A stretch of DNA of 64,000 nucleotides from the NCBI GenBank assembly GCA_963738495.1, contig CAVTWW010000014.1, forward strand, positions 296,091 to 360,090, given 5' to 3'. Both the position numbers and the translations under genes were made by a program. How positions within the stretch are numbered: position 1 is the first letter of the stretch; each line of letters begins with the position of its first letter. This DNA is from an uncultured Actinomycetota bacterium (GTDB taxonomy: Bacteria; Actinomycetota; Actinomycetes; Actinomycetales; Kineosporiaceae). Positions 56,340 through 64,000 of the stretch are shown piece by piece. The notes beneath the pieces are model-generated. The model had not been told where the DNA came from. It was given only the letters and a program-made list of their open reading frames with translations, and did not search any database.

Positions 56340-57833
56340 TCAGCTGCGGACGAGCCGGTCGAGCAGGGTGGGCACGTCGACGAGCCCGAAGCGGATGCTG
56401 GTGTCGCTGGCCCCGTAGGGCAGCAGCAGGGTCTGCTCGTGGATCAGCGCCCCGCACGAGTACACGACGTTCGGCACGTAGCCCTCGCGCTCGTCCCCGT
56501 CCGGCTGCAGCAGCGGTTCGGTGAGGCGCCCGACGACACGGGTCGGGTCGTCGAGATCCAGCAGCAGGGCACCCAGGGCGTAGCCGCGCATCGGTCCGAC
56601 GCCGTGGGTGAGCACCAGCCAGCCGCCGTCGGTCTCCAACGGGGGGCCGCAGTTGCCGAGCTGGATCAGCTCCCACGGCTCGATCGGTGCCTGCAGCTCG
56701 GCCGCGTCGCCCCAGTGGTGGCCGTCGGCCGAGCTCGCGATCGCGTTGTTCTCACGGTCCCATCGGGACAGTGCCAGGTAACGGCCGCCCACCGGGCGTG
56801 GGAACAGCGCCATGCCCTTGTTCTCGGCCGCGTGGCCGGTCAGCGGCGTCGACCGGAAGGTGGCGAAGTCGTCGGTGTCGAGCCGGCGCGAGACCACATG
56901 GGTGCCGTTGTACCCGGTGTAGGTGGCGGCATAGGACACCGATCCGTCGAGGGCCGTCAACCGCACCAGGCGGGCGTCCTCCACACCGTGGCTCTCGGCG
57001 TCGGTCTCCGGGAACAGCGTTCGGTCCGACAGCAGGGACTCCTGCGGGAAGGTGACCTCGTAGGACGACGCCACGGTCTGCCGCAGCGACTCGATGGTGA
57101 CCTCGACGTGGGTGCGCGTCAGAGCCTGCTGCCGCAGCTCCTCCGTCGCCGCGTCGAGGGTGGCCAGGTCGACCTCGCCCGCGAGGATCGAGAGCACGAA
57201 GTCCATCGTGTCGGCGTCCTCGTCCGGCCCGCTCGCCTCGTGGCGCAGCCGGACACGGGGAACGGGGCTGGTGCGGCACTCCCCCGACACCACGAACCGC
57301 GGCGGCGGGTCCATGACACACGTCTCGGCCGAGGCCGACGGGGTGAAGGTGCCGGAGCGGAAGACGATCGTCGACAGGTGTCCCTCGCTGACTGCCCGGG
57401 CACTCATCACGAACCGCAGGCTGCCTGCGCCGCCGTCCTGCACCGGGTGCGGCACGATCGAGGGGTTGAACAGGGCCGCTGCCTCGATGGCGACCTCACG
57501 GGTGAAGTAGGCACCGATCAGCCGGCGGCGGTCCTCGGTGAGGTCGGCCCCCTCGGGAACCCGGTGGGCGATGGCGTCGAAGTTCTTCTGCAGCAACGCG
57601 TGCAGGTCGGGGTGACGATCCCGGTACGAGGCGTCGAGCTCGGCCAGGGTCACCGCCACCGTGAGGTCGCTCATCGCCGAGCAGCGGGCCACGACCCCGT
57701 CCGCGCGGGAGGACCCGGGTGCGCTCAGCTCCTGGCCGGGCAGGAACAGCCGCGCCGCCACCCGCCGCGGATCGGCCTCGAGCACCAGGTCGTCACGTCG
57801 CAGCAGCGGGGCGGTCGAGGGCGAGGGTCTCAT
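56340..57833 (-). CDS. Glycoside-hydrolase family 130-like (DUF377) glycosidase/phosphorylase with an N-terminal extension
   Basis: ATG at 57833 overlaps the upstream gene's stop (ATGA). The C-terminal half has GH130-like beta-propeller motifs (…GYNGTHVVSRRLDTDD…KGMALFPR…GPPLETDGGWLVLTHGV…YVPNVVYSCGAL…). Confidence 0.8.
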   Translation of the reverse strand: MRPSPSTAPLLRRDDLVLEADPRRVAARLFLPGQELSAPGSSRADGVVARCSAMSDLTVAVTLAELDASYRDRHPDLHALLQKNFDAIAHRVPEGADLTEDRRRLIGAYFTREVAIEAAALFNPSIVPHPVQDGGAGSLRFVMSARAVSEGHLSTIVFRSGTFTPSASAETCVMDPPPRFVVSGECRTSPVPRVRLRHEASGPDEDADTMDFVLSILAGEVDLATLDAATEELRQQALTRTHVEVTIESLRQTVASSYEVTFPQESLLSDRTLFPETDAESHGVEDARLVRLTALDGSVSYAATYTGYNGTHVVSRRLDTDDFATFRSTPLTGHAAENKGMALFPRPVGGRYLALSRWDRENNAIASSADGHHWGDAAELQAPIEPWELIQLGNCGPPLETDGGWLVLTHGVGPMRGYALGALLLDLDDPTRVVGRLTEPLLQPDGDEREGYVPNVVYSCGALIHEQTLLLPYGASDTSIRFGLVDVPTLLDRLVRS

Positions 57834-58879
57834 GCGCGCGAACCGGCCAGCCGGGTGGCGTGCTGCACCGTGGTCACGAGCGCGAGCGTGGACTCGGCCC
57901 CCTGGTTCTCGTTGCGACCGTGGGGCTCCAGCCCGTCGCAGCACCCGCCTGCTTCAGGGTCGTGGAGCGAGGTCCCGCTGTCGTTGCGCCCGAAGAACCA
58001 GGCTGCTGCCAGCTCCACAGCGTCCGACCACCGCGGGTCACCGGTGAGGTCGAAGGCGCGGGCGCAGGCGTCGGCCAACGTGGCGGCCTCGATGGGCTGC
58101 TGGTCGAAACCGGGCCAGGCCTCTCCCGCCGTCCAACCGGCCGCCGGGGTCAGGGACAGGTGGTCGGGCCCCCGCTGCAGGTCGAGGAGCCACCCCAGCA
58201 TCTGCAGGCCACGCTCGATCAGGGAGTCGTCGTGCAGGCTGTCCCCGGCGGCCAGCAGGACGTCGGGCAGCACCGCGTTGGCGTAGGTCAGGCGGGGCTC
58301 CGGCCACGGCCACGCCAGGTCGGGGCGGAACACCCCGACGCCGGCAGCGGCGTCCCGCAACAGGTCTCGGGCTCCGGCGTCCTCCGGCACGACGCGCAGC
58401 AGCTCGGCGGCCCCCAGACCGGCGAACGCCATCGCCCTCGGCCAGGGGGAGCGCTGCCCGGCGCTCGCCACGAACCGCTCGACCGCCCGCCGCGCGAAGG
58501 CGGCGTCCAGGCTGCGGGAGGCCGCAGTGCCGAAGGCCCACAGGGCGCGCCCCCAGCAGTCCTCGACCGTGGCCGGCCCGTGCCGGGCGCCGTGCACGTC
58601 CCGCCGGTTGACGATGCGTCCGTCGCCGTCCTGCGCCTCCTCCAGGAAACGCAGGTAGACGCCGGCCAGCTCGGCCATCACCTCGGGAGCGACCACGCGG
58701 TCGTTCCCGTCCACCACGAAGGACATGTCGTCGCGGCAGACGGCGATCAGGGCTCGGGCCACGTCGTCGACGCAGTAGCCGTGCTCTCCCCTGGGCACCC
58801 CGAACGCCGCGTGCTCGAAGATGCCGATGTCGTCGGTGAGGGCGATGACGTGGTGGAACAGCTTCTCGGCGCGCGTCAC
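57830..58879 (-). CDS. Conserved hypothetical protein, possibly (alpha/alpha)6-barrel glycosidase-like
   Basis: 349-aa intact ORF. GTG start overlaps the GT4 stop (GTGA) and its stop overlaps the next start. Trp/Asp-rich helix-repeat-like sequence. I recognise no confident family. Confidence 0.55.
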   Translation of the reverse strand: MTRAEKLFHHVIALTDDIGIFEHAAFGVPRGEHGYCVDDVARALIAVCRDDMSFVVDGNDRVVAPEVMAELAGVYLRFLEEAQDGDGRIVNRRDVHGARHGPATVEDCWGRALWAFGTAASRSLDAAFARRAVERFVASAGQRSPWPRAMAFAGLGAAELLRVVPEDAGARDLLRDAAAGVGVFRPDLAWPWPEPRLTYANAVLPDVLLAAGDSLHDDSLIERGLQMLGWLLDLQRGPDHLSLTPAAGWTAGEAWPGFDQQPIEAATLADACARAFDLTGDPRWSDAVELAAAWFFGRNDSGTSLHDPEAGGCCDGLEPHGRNENQGAESTLALVTTVQHATRLAGSRA

Positions 58880-60180
58880 CGGACACCGACCCGGTCGAGG
58901 GTCGGGCGAAGGCCCGGAACGACGTCACGGTGGCCGGCCTCGGTGCACACTCGCAGGTACTCCTGAGCGACCGCCCGCCACGACAGCCCTGCGGCCAGCT
59001 GCTCGGCCCGGCGCGAGAACCGTTCGGCCAGACCGTCCTCGGTGAGGATCCTGCGCAGTCCCTGCGCGATCGCTCCCGCGTCCCCCTGGTCGACGAGCAG
59101 CCCGGTCCCGTCGCCGAGCAGCTCGACGGCGTGCGGGAACCGGGTCGCGATCACGGGTCGGCCGGCGGCGACCGCCTCGGTCAGCACACCGGAGGTGACC
59201 TGCTCGAGGGAGTCGTACGGCAGCAGCACCACGTCGGCGCTGCGGACCAGCGCATGCAGCGCCTCGGCGTCGAGGTAACGGTCGTCGAACGTCACGGCCG
59301 ACGCGACGCCGAGGTCGGCGGCCAGGGTCCGTAGCTCGTGGCGGTAGCCGGTGCCGTCCTTCGCGGACAGCCGCGGATGGGTGCGGCCCGCGACCACGTA
59401 GTGAGGGTACGGGTCCAGGTCGGACAGGGTCGACATGGCGCGGATCGCCCATTCGATGCCCTTGCCGCGGCCCAGCAGGCCCCAGGTGAGGACCAGCGGC
59501 GCCCGGCCGCCCGCCGGTGCCGAACCGGAGGTCACCGCGCCGGCGGCCAAGGCGCCGGACGTCTCTGCACCGGAGGTCACCGCGCCGGGGGTCTCGGCCC
59601 CGTGGACCAGGTCCTCGGCCGCCCCGTGCGGGATGACCACCGCGCAGTCCGGGTCGGCGCCGTACACCTGGACCGCCCGGGCTCGCGCCAGGTGGGTCAT
59701 CGTGACGACGACCGCCGAGGCGGCGATCACCTCGCGGAGCACCCGGTGCTGGCGGGGGCTGGGCCGGCTGAGCACGGTGTGGAGCACGGTCACGACGGGC
59801 GCCCTCACCAGCTCGAGCAGGCTGAGCACCCGCTCGCCGTCCGGCCCGCCGTAGATGCCGTACTCGTGCTGCAGGATCACGACGTCGTAGCGGTTCAGCG
59901 CCTCAGCCGTCGCCAGCAGTCCGGCCCGGTCCGCCGCCCAGGGCACGGTGACGGGCTCGGGGACCAGGGACGTCGCCACGGTGTCGGGCGCCGGGTGGAC
60001 GAGACCGGCAAGCCGGTGCCGTGGTTCCTGCAGGACCCGCACGAGGTCGACGTCCGCGCCGAGGGAGGCGAACCCGCCGGACAGGGCCTGCGCGAAGGTG
60101 GCCAGGCCGCACTGGGTCGGCGGGAGGGTGCTGATCATGGCGCATCGGATACGGCGGACGTCCAACAGCTGAACGGTCAC
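58876..60180 (-). CDS. Glycosyltransferase family 4 (GT-B fold)
   Basis: GTG at 60180 is preceded by GGAGG at 5 nt. The C-terminal GT4 motif is …ADVVLLPYDSLEQVTSGVLTEAVAAGRPVIATRF… The internal repeat GAETPGAVTSGAETSGA sits at ~59525-59595. Confidence 0.8.
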   Translation of the reverse strand: MTVQLLDVRRIRCAMISTLPPTQCGLATFAQALSGGFASLGADVDLVRVLQEPRHRLAGLVHPAPDTVATSLVPEPVTVPWAADRAGLLATAEALNRYDVVILQHEYGIYGGPDGERVLSLLELVRAPVVTVLHTVLSRPSPRQHRVLREVIAASAVVVTMTHLARARAVQVYGADPDCAVVIPHGAAEDLVHGAETPGAVTSGAETSGALAAGAVTSGSAPAGGRAPLVLTWGLLGRGKGIEWAIRAMSTLSDLDPYPHYVVAGRTHPRLSAKDGTGYRHELRTLAADLGVASAVTFDDRYLDAEALHALVRSADVVLLPYDSLEQVTSGVLTEAVAAGRPVIATRFPHAVELLGDGTGLLVDQGDAGAIAQGLRRILTEDGLAERFSRRAEQLAAGLSWRAVAQEYLRVCTEAGHRDVVPGLRPTLDRVGVR

Positions 60181-60375
60181 GCGAGCCTCCAGGCTCGACA
60201 ACAAGACCGGGGCCGGCCCTGCACGGCCCACGAAGGAACCGCCACGATGCCGACCACAACGCCGCCAGGGTCTGGGGCTCGCTGAAGCATCGACAGGCGT
60301 CCAACGAGCTGTCACGGCGCTCACGTGCGCCTGTGGCCCGCTCATCACGAGTGGAACCGCCTGGTCCGGAGCCTA

Positions 60376-61395
60376 TCACCCTGCGTCGGCCTGAAACCGG
60401 GCGCCCTCCTTGAGCATCCGCCGGTACACCTCGAGGTAGTCCGCCACCATGCGCTCCGCCCCGAACCGCTCCACGGCCCGGGCGCGCACGCCCGGACGGT
60501 CGAGCTGGACGGCGAGAGCGACGGCCGACACGGCACCCGCGACGTCGCTCACGAGGTAGCCCGTGACCCCCTCGTCGACCACCTCGACCATCGAGCCACG
60601 CCGGTACGCCACGACCGGGGTGCCGCACATCATGGCCTCGACGACGCTCAGTCCGAAGGGCTCGTCGAAGGCGATGGGATGCAGCAGAGCCGCGGCGCCA
60701 CCGAGCACCTCGGCCCGCTGCGCGGGACCGACCGAACCCAGGAAGGTCACCCGGTCGCCGTCGACGTGAGGCGCGACCTCGCTGCGGAAGTAGCTCTCGT
60801 CGTGGACGATTCCGCAGATCACCAGCCGGCGACCGGAATCCCGCGCGATGGCGATCGCCTCGGCGGTGCCCTTGTCGGGGTGGATCCGCCCGAGGGTGAC
60901 CAGGTTCTCGCCGGCCTGCGACGAGAACGGCAGCAACGCCTGGTCCACGCCGTGGTAGACGGTCGCCACGTAGGTCAGGTCGGGCCGGCGGTCGGCGTCC
61001 GAGATGGACACCAGGGCCGACCGGGCGCGGTCGTAGGCGGGCAGGATGGCGGGGCTGCCGACCCCGTGGACCGTGGTGACCAGCGGCACCGCGCACGACC
61101 GCTCGAAGGCCAGCGGCAACCAGTCGAGATGGCTGTGCACGAGGTCGAACTGGGACGAGCGGGCGAATGCTTGGGCCGTGTTGAGCGCCTCGCAGACCCG
61201 CCCGTCGAGGGTCGGGTCCTCGGCGTAGCCGTGCGGGACGACGGCGTCCAGGTGGGCCGTGGTCACCGAGTCGCCCGTGGCGAACAACGTGACGTCGACG
61301 CCCTGCGCCACCAGCCCCTCGGTGAGCAGGCTGGCGACCTGCTCCCAGGGGCCGTAGTGCTCGGGCGGGCACCGCCACGCCACCGGGGCCAGCAT
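60376..61395 (-). CDS. Glycosyltransferase family 4
   Basis: ATG at 61395 is preceded by GAGGGTGG. Motifs …DLVHSHLDW…, …EPFGLSVVEAMMCGTPVVAYRRGSMVEVV… (EX7E-type). Confidence 0.8.
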   Translation of the reverse strand: MLAPVAWRCPPEHYGPWEQVASLLTEGLVAQGVDVTLFATGDSVTTAHLDAVVPHGYAEDPTLDGRVCEALNTAQAFARSSQFDLVHSHLDWLPLAFERSCAVPLVTTVHGVGSPAILPAYDRARSALVSISDADRRPDLTYVATVYHGVDQALLPFSSQAGENLVTLGRIHPDKGTAEAIAIARDSGRRLVICGIVHDESYFRSEVAPHVDGDRVTFLGSVGPAQRAEVLGGAAALLHPIAFDEPFGLSVVEAMMCGTPVVAYRRGSMVEVVDEGVTGYLVSDVAGAVSAVALAVQLDRPGVRARAVERFGAERMVADYLEVYRRMLKEGARFQADAG

Positions 61396-61403
61396 CGCCA
61401 CCC

Positions 61404-62231
61404 TCACGGGGTGGGCACTTCGGCGGGCACGGTGGCCACGGTCGGTGGCAGGGTCTCGGCCACCGGCAGCAGGGTCTGCCCGGCCCGGTCGAAGAAGCGC
61501 AGCAGCTCCACCGGGAAGGGCATCACGAGCGTGCTGTTCTTCTCGGCGGCCACGTCGACCACGGTCTGCAGCAGGCGCAGCTGCAGCGCGCCGGGAGTGT
61601 CGCCCATGACCCGGGCCGCCTGCGCGAGCTTGGTCGAGGCCTGCAGCTCGCCGTCCGCCGCGATCACCCGGGCACGACGTTCGCGCTCGGCCTCCGCCTG
61701 GCGCGACATGGAACGCTTCATGCCTTCCGGGAGTGCGACGTCCTTCACCTCGACGCGCTCGATGTGCAGGCCCCACGGCTCCTCGGTCGGGGCGTCGATG
61801 ACCGCCTTGAGCTCGGCGTTGATGCCCTCGCGGTCGGACAGGAGGGTGTCGAGGTCGACCCGGCCGATCACCGCTCGCAGCGAGGTCTGGGAGACCTGCG
61901 AGACCGCCATCGGGTAGTTCTGCACGTTGATGATGGCCTTAACCGGGTCGATGACCCGGTAGTAGACCACCGCGTCGACGGTCAGGGTGACGTTGTCCCG
62001 GGTGATGGCGCCCTGCGCCGGGATGCCCATCACCACCGTCTGCATCGACACCTTGGTCAGCCGGTCGACCACCGGCACGATCAGCTGCAGACCGGGCTCG
62101 CGAAGGCGGGGCAGCAGCCGCCCGAAGCGCAGGACGACGCCGCGCTCGTACTGCTGCACCAGGTGGACGCTCGCGAAGAAGAGCCACAGTGCGAGAAGGA
62201 GAACGACCGCAAGAACGATGAGTGGAGTCAT
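61404..62231 (-). CDS. SPFH/band-7 (stomatin/HflC-like) membrane protein
   Basis: ATG at 62231 is preceded by AGAGGA at 7 nt. An N-terminal TM segment precedes the SPFH core …VQQYERGVVLRFGRL…TVDAVVYYRVIDPVKAIINVQNY… and a C-terminal coiled-coil. Confidence 0.8.
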   Translation of the reverse strand: MTPLIVLAVVLLLALWLFFASVHLVQQYERGVVLRFGRLLPRLREPGLQLIVPVVDRLTKVSMQTVVMGIPAQGAITRDNVTLTVDAVVYYRVIDPVKAIINVQNYPMAVSQVSQTSLRAVIGRVDLDTLLSDREGINAELKAVIDAPTEEPWGLHIERVEVKDVALPEGMKRSMSRQAEAERERRARVIAADGELQASTKLAQAARVMGDTPGALQLRLLQTVVDVAAEKNSTLVMPFPVELLRFFDRAGQTLLPVAETLPPTVATVPAEVPTP

Positions 62232-62343
62232 GACGCGTCCTCTACGTCCGCGCACACGGACGGCTACTGACTCATGAGTGGCCACGCGCGACGCGCGTGC
62301 CTGTCACCAGGGTCCGGAGCGACATCGCCAGCCTACGCCCGCG

Positions 62344-64000
62344 ATGATGCCGCCACGACGACCGGGCCCCCGGGCTCGGCCTCGGGGGCGGCCCCGGGCC
62401 GCGGCGTTGACAGCGCCACCGACCGGTCGCGAAGGTGTCGCGCATGGCGCACGCGTCCGATCCCGGGGACCTGGCCCTTCACGGCGTCCGGGTGCTGGGG
62501 TTTCCCACGGCACCCGGGGCACCGTCACTGCCGCCCACGCCGCCTTCGTGCCGCTGAACCGCCGGTTCGGCGAGGCCTGCACCCGCTGGCAGGTGCGCCC
62601 GGCCCCTGGCGACCCGATCGCCTTCAACGACCACACCGACCACCGGTGGGACGACCGGGTGCTCCAGACCCTGAGGTCGCTGGACCGCTCGTTCCGACGG
62701 GTGGCCGACCAGCTGGCCGCGGCGCTGGCCCGCTTCGACGGCTACGCCGACCGGTACTCCGCCGCCCTTGCCACGGTGGACGCCGGGCAGGAGTCGTGGG
62801 TCGACGCCCACGACCGGGACTCGCTGCACATGGTGTGGATCCAGCTCCACGAGGACCTGCTGGCCACCCTCGGCATCCCCCGGGCTCGGACGCCTGAGCC
62901 GTCGCCCCGCCCCCGGCCGGCGCAGCACCCTTGGCACGGTACCGGCCCAGCACCCATGGCACGGTACCGGCCCAGCAACCTTTGGCAAGGTAGAGGCATG
63001 GCCGAACCCGCCGCGCCCGCCGCGCCCGCCGAAGCCGCCGCGCCGGCAGCGACGCCCGGGCCGCCACGACTGCGCCGGATCGCCGCCCGGATCGAGATCG
63101 CCCTGCTCGCGCTGTCCGTGGTGGCCTTCTGCGTGCTGGCGACGCTGACGGTGTGGCCCACGAACTCGGTGACCTTCCACGGTCGGGCCGCGGCGGGCCG
63201 GGACACCCCGGCGGTCAGCATTCCCGTGCAGTTCGGCAGCCGCCGTCCCGACCTGAGCCTGAGCGGGCCCGGCGAGGTGCGGCGGTACGCCACCAGTGTC
63301 GACGTCCGGGCCGTCAGCACCGTCGGTCCGGTGCGGCCCTACTTCGGCACGGACGCCGACGTCGTCGACCTGTTCGACGCCTCGACCCAGGACGGCGCCG
63401 ACACCCGGTTCGGGCAGTTCGTCACGAGCTCGGCCCTGACGTGGGCCTGGCAGCGGACCCTGGTCGTCGCACTGGCCGCCGCCGTGCTGTTCAGCCGGAT
63501 CACCAACCACTCCCGCTACCGCGCCACCAAGTCGACCCATCGGCTCGCGGTGTGGACCGTCTTCGGGGGCGCGGCGGTCGTGGTCTGGGGGTCCTGCCTC
63601 GGCTCGACCTACTTGGCCACCGACCCCCTGCGCAACGGCGACGTCACCATCGCGCAGATGTTCGACTACGCCCACCTGCGGGCCGACCCGCCCCCCGCCG
63701 GACCCCAGGTCGGCGGCATCCAACTGGTGGTGGACGGCGACTCCCGGGCCGCCGTCTACGACGGCAACCACGCCCTGGACCCCACCCAGCAGGACATGGC
63801 CTGCGAGCGCAGCCGTGACTCCCTGGCGGCCCTGCTCGAGCTGCACGTCGCCGCCTGGGGCTGGCAGACCCGCAACGACGCCTGCACCGGCGCCGGCGCC
63901 AAGGTGGGCATGCTCACCCCGCTGCGACGCCACGGCGGGTGGCTGCCCCCCGGGCCGCAGCTCGAGATCCCGGCCCAGCTGGGCCTGCTCAAGCAGGTGA
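62344..64000 (+). CDS. Hypothetical protein (soluble N-terminal domain, Pro/Ala-rich linker with a 25-bp tandem repeat, then a TM-anchored C-terminal domain); no stop within the window
   Basis: Reading frame 1 on the plus strand is open from 62278 to 64000 with high GC3. It is absent from the ORF track because there is no in-window stop. Segments …RWQVRPAPGDPIAFNDHTDHRWDDRVLQTLRSLDRSFRRVADQLAAALARFDGY…HMVWIQLHEDLLATLGIP; then MAEPAAPAAPAEAAAPAATPGPPRLRRIAARIEIALLALSVVAFCVLATLTVW… It may be two genes. The antisense ORF 62479..63933 is Gly/Arg shadow. Confidence 0.4.
   Translation, partial: MMPPRRPGPRARPRGRPRAAALTAPPTGREGVAHGARVRSRGPGPSRRPGAGVSHGTRGTVTAAHAAFVPLNRRFGEACTRWQVRPAPGDPIAFNDHTDHRWDDRVLQTLRSLDRSFRRVADQLAAALARFDGYADRYSAALATVDAGQESWVDAHDRDSLHMVWIQLHEDLLATLGIPRARTPEPSPRPRPAQHPWHGTGPAPMARYRPSNLWQGRGMAEPAAPAAPAEAAAPAATPGPPRLRRIAARIEIALLALSVVAFCVLATLTVWPTNSVTFHGRAAAGRDTPAVSIPVQFGSRRPDLSLSGPGEVRRYATSVDVRAVSTVGPVRPYFGTDADVVDLFDASTQDGADTRFGQFVTSSALTWAWQRTLVVALAAAVLFSRITNHSRYRATKSTHRLAVWTVFGGAAVVVWGSCLGSTYLATDPLRNGDVTIAQMFDYAHLRADPPPAGPQVGGIQLVVDGDSRAAVYDGNHALDPTQQDMACERSRDSLAALLELHVAAWGWQTRNDACTGAGAKVGMLTPLRRHGGWLPPGPQLEIPAQLGLLKQV
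62927..62995. repeat. 25-bp tandem repeat, ~2.7 copies (cagcacccWtggcacggtaccggcc)
   Basis: cagcacccttggcacggtaccggcc / cagcacccatggcacggtaccggcc / cagcaacctttggcaagg. The unit length is not a multiple of 3 and it sits inside the open frame of the terminal ORF. Confidence 0.8.

Noticed and set aside
56151-58286. 711-aa plus-strand ORF across the GH130 and hypothetical genes
   Set aside because: Antisense shadow. The minus-strand genes are coupled by overlapping stop/start codons and carry family motifs.
62479-63933. 484-aa minus-strand ORF at the window end
   Set aside because: Gly/Arg/Val-rich antisense of the plus-strand frame-1 ORF, which has high GC3 and coherent domains.

Overview
This is a high-GC (~72%) actinobacterial chromosomal segment. 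From the GlnR-type boxes and mycothiol-enzyme content it is probably a non-mycobacterial actinomycete. I found no rRNA, tRNA, CRISPR, transposase or integrase.

Gene content in order:
- aroA 3' end, rsgA, a DUF2231 membrane protein and an IMPase/HisN-like phosphatase.
- A small SD-supported gene, a TetR regulator and a 1240-aa RecB-like nuclease fused to an SF1 helicase, all on the minus strand.
- DUF2853 and a 3-hydroxybutyryl-CoA dehydrogenase.
- A Rieske oxygenase, GcvT-like aminomethyltransferase, CrtI-like FAD oxidoreductase (frameshifted), HAD hydrolase (frameshifted) and VOC protein.
- A 1213-aa zinc-ribbon polytopic membrane protein, DUF5302, a Sua5/YrdC-family protein and an SDR epimerase.
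- A ~470-bp low-GC islet encoding a 133-aa three-TM protein.
- An MFS transporter (frameshifted), an AlkZ-like winged-helix protein, an MDMPI-family enzyme and a DUF222/HNH endonuclease carrying internal repeat arrays.
- glnK and amt (frameshifted) with a canonical double GlnR box upstream.
- An NrtR-like Nudix regulator (frameshifted), an SPFH protein and an NAD-kinase-like gene (both frameshifted), and a SHOCT protein.
- A five-gene dpp/opp-like peptide ABC operon broken by roughly 16 frameshifts.
- A second Rieske oxygenase translationally coupled to an MTOX/sarcosine-oxidase-like flavoenzyme, then a CocE/NonD hydrolase (frameshifted) and a small secreted protein.
- A LacI-flanked sugar or polyol locus: Zn-ADH (frameshifted), LacI, FGGY kinase, LacD-type class I aldolase, CUT2 ABC transporter, HAD phosphatase, Gfo/Idh/MocA dehydrogenase and a second LacI. 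A perfect 33-bp palindrome sits at the kinase promoter.
- A five-gene overlapping-codon operon: SPFH, GT4, GT4, a hypothetical glycosidase-like protein and GH130.
- A terminal ORF that runs off the window and contains a 25-bp tandem repeat.

Two themes cut across the window. First, short tandem repeats of 9-25 bp sit inside at least a dozen coding sequences and encode low-complexity peptide inserts. Second, frameshifts are very unevenly distributed: about 25 kb of large genes are intact, while the peptide transporter and several catabolic and transport genes are heavily disrupted.
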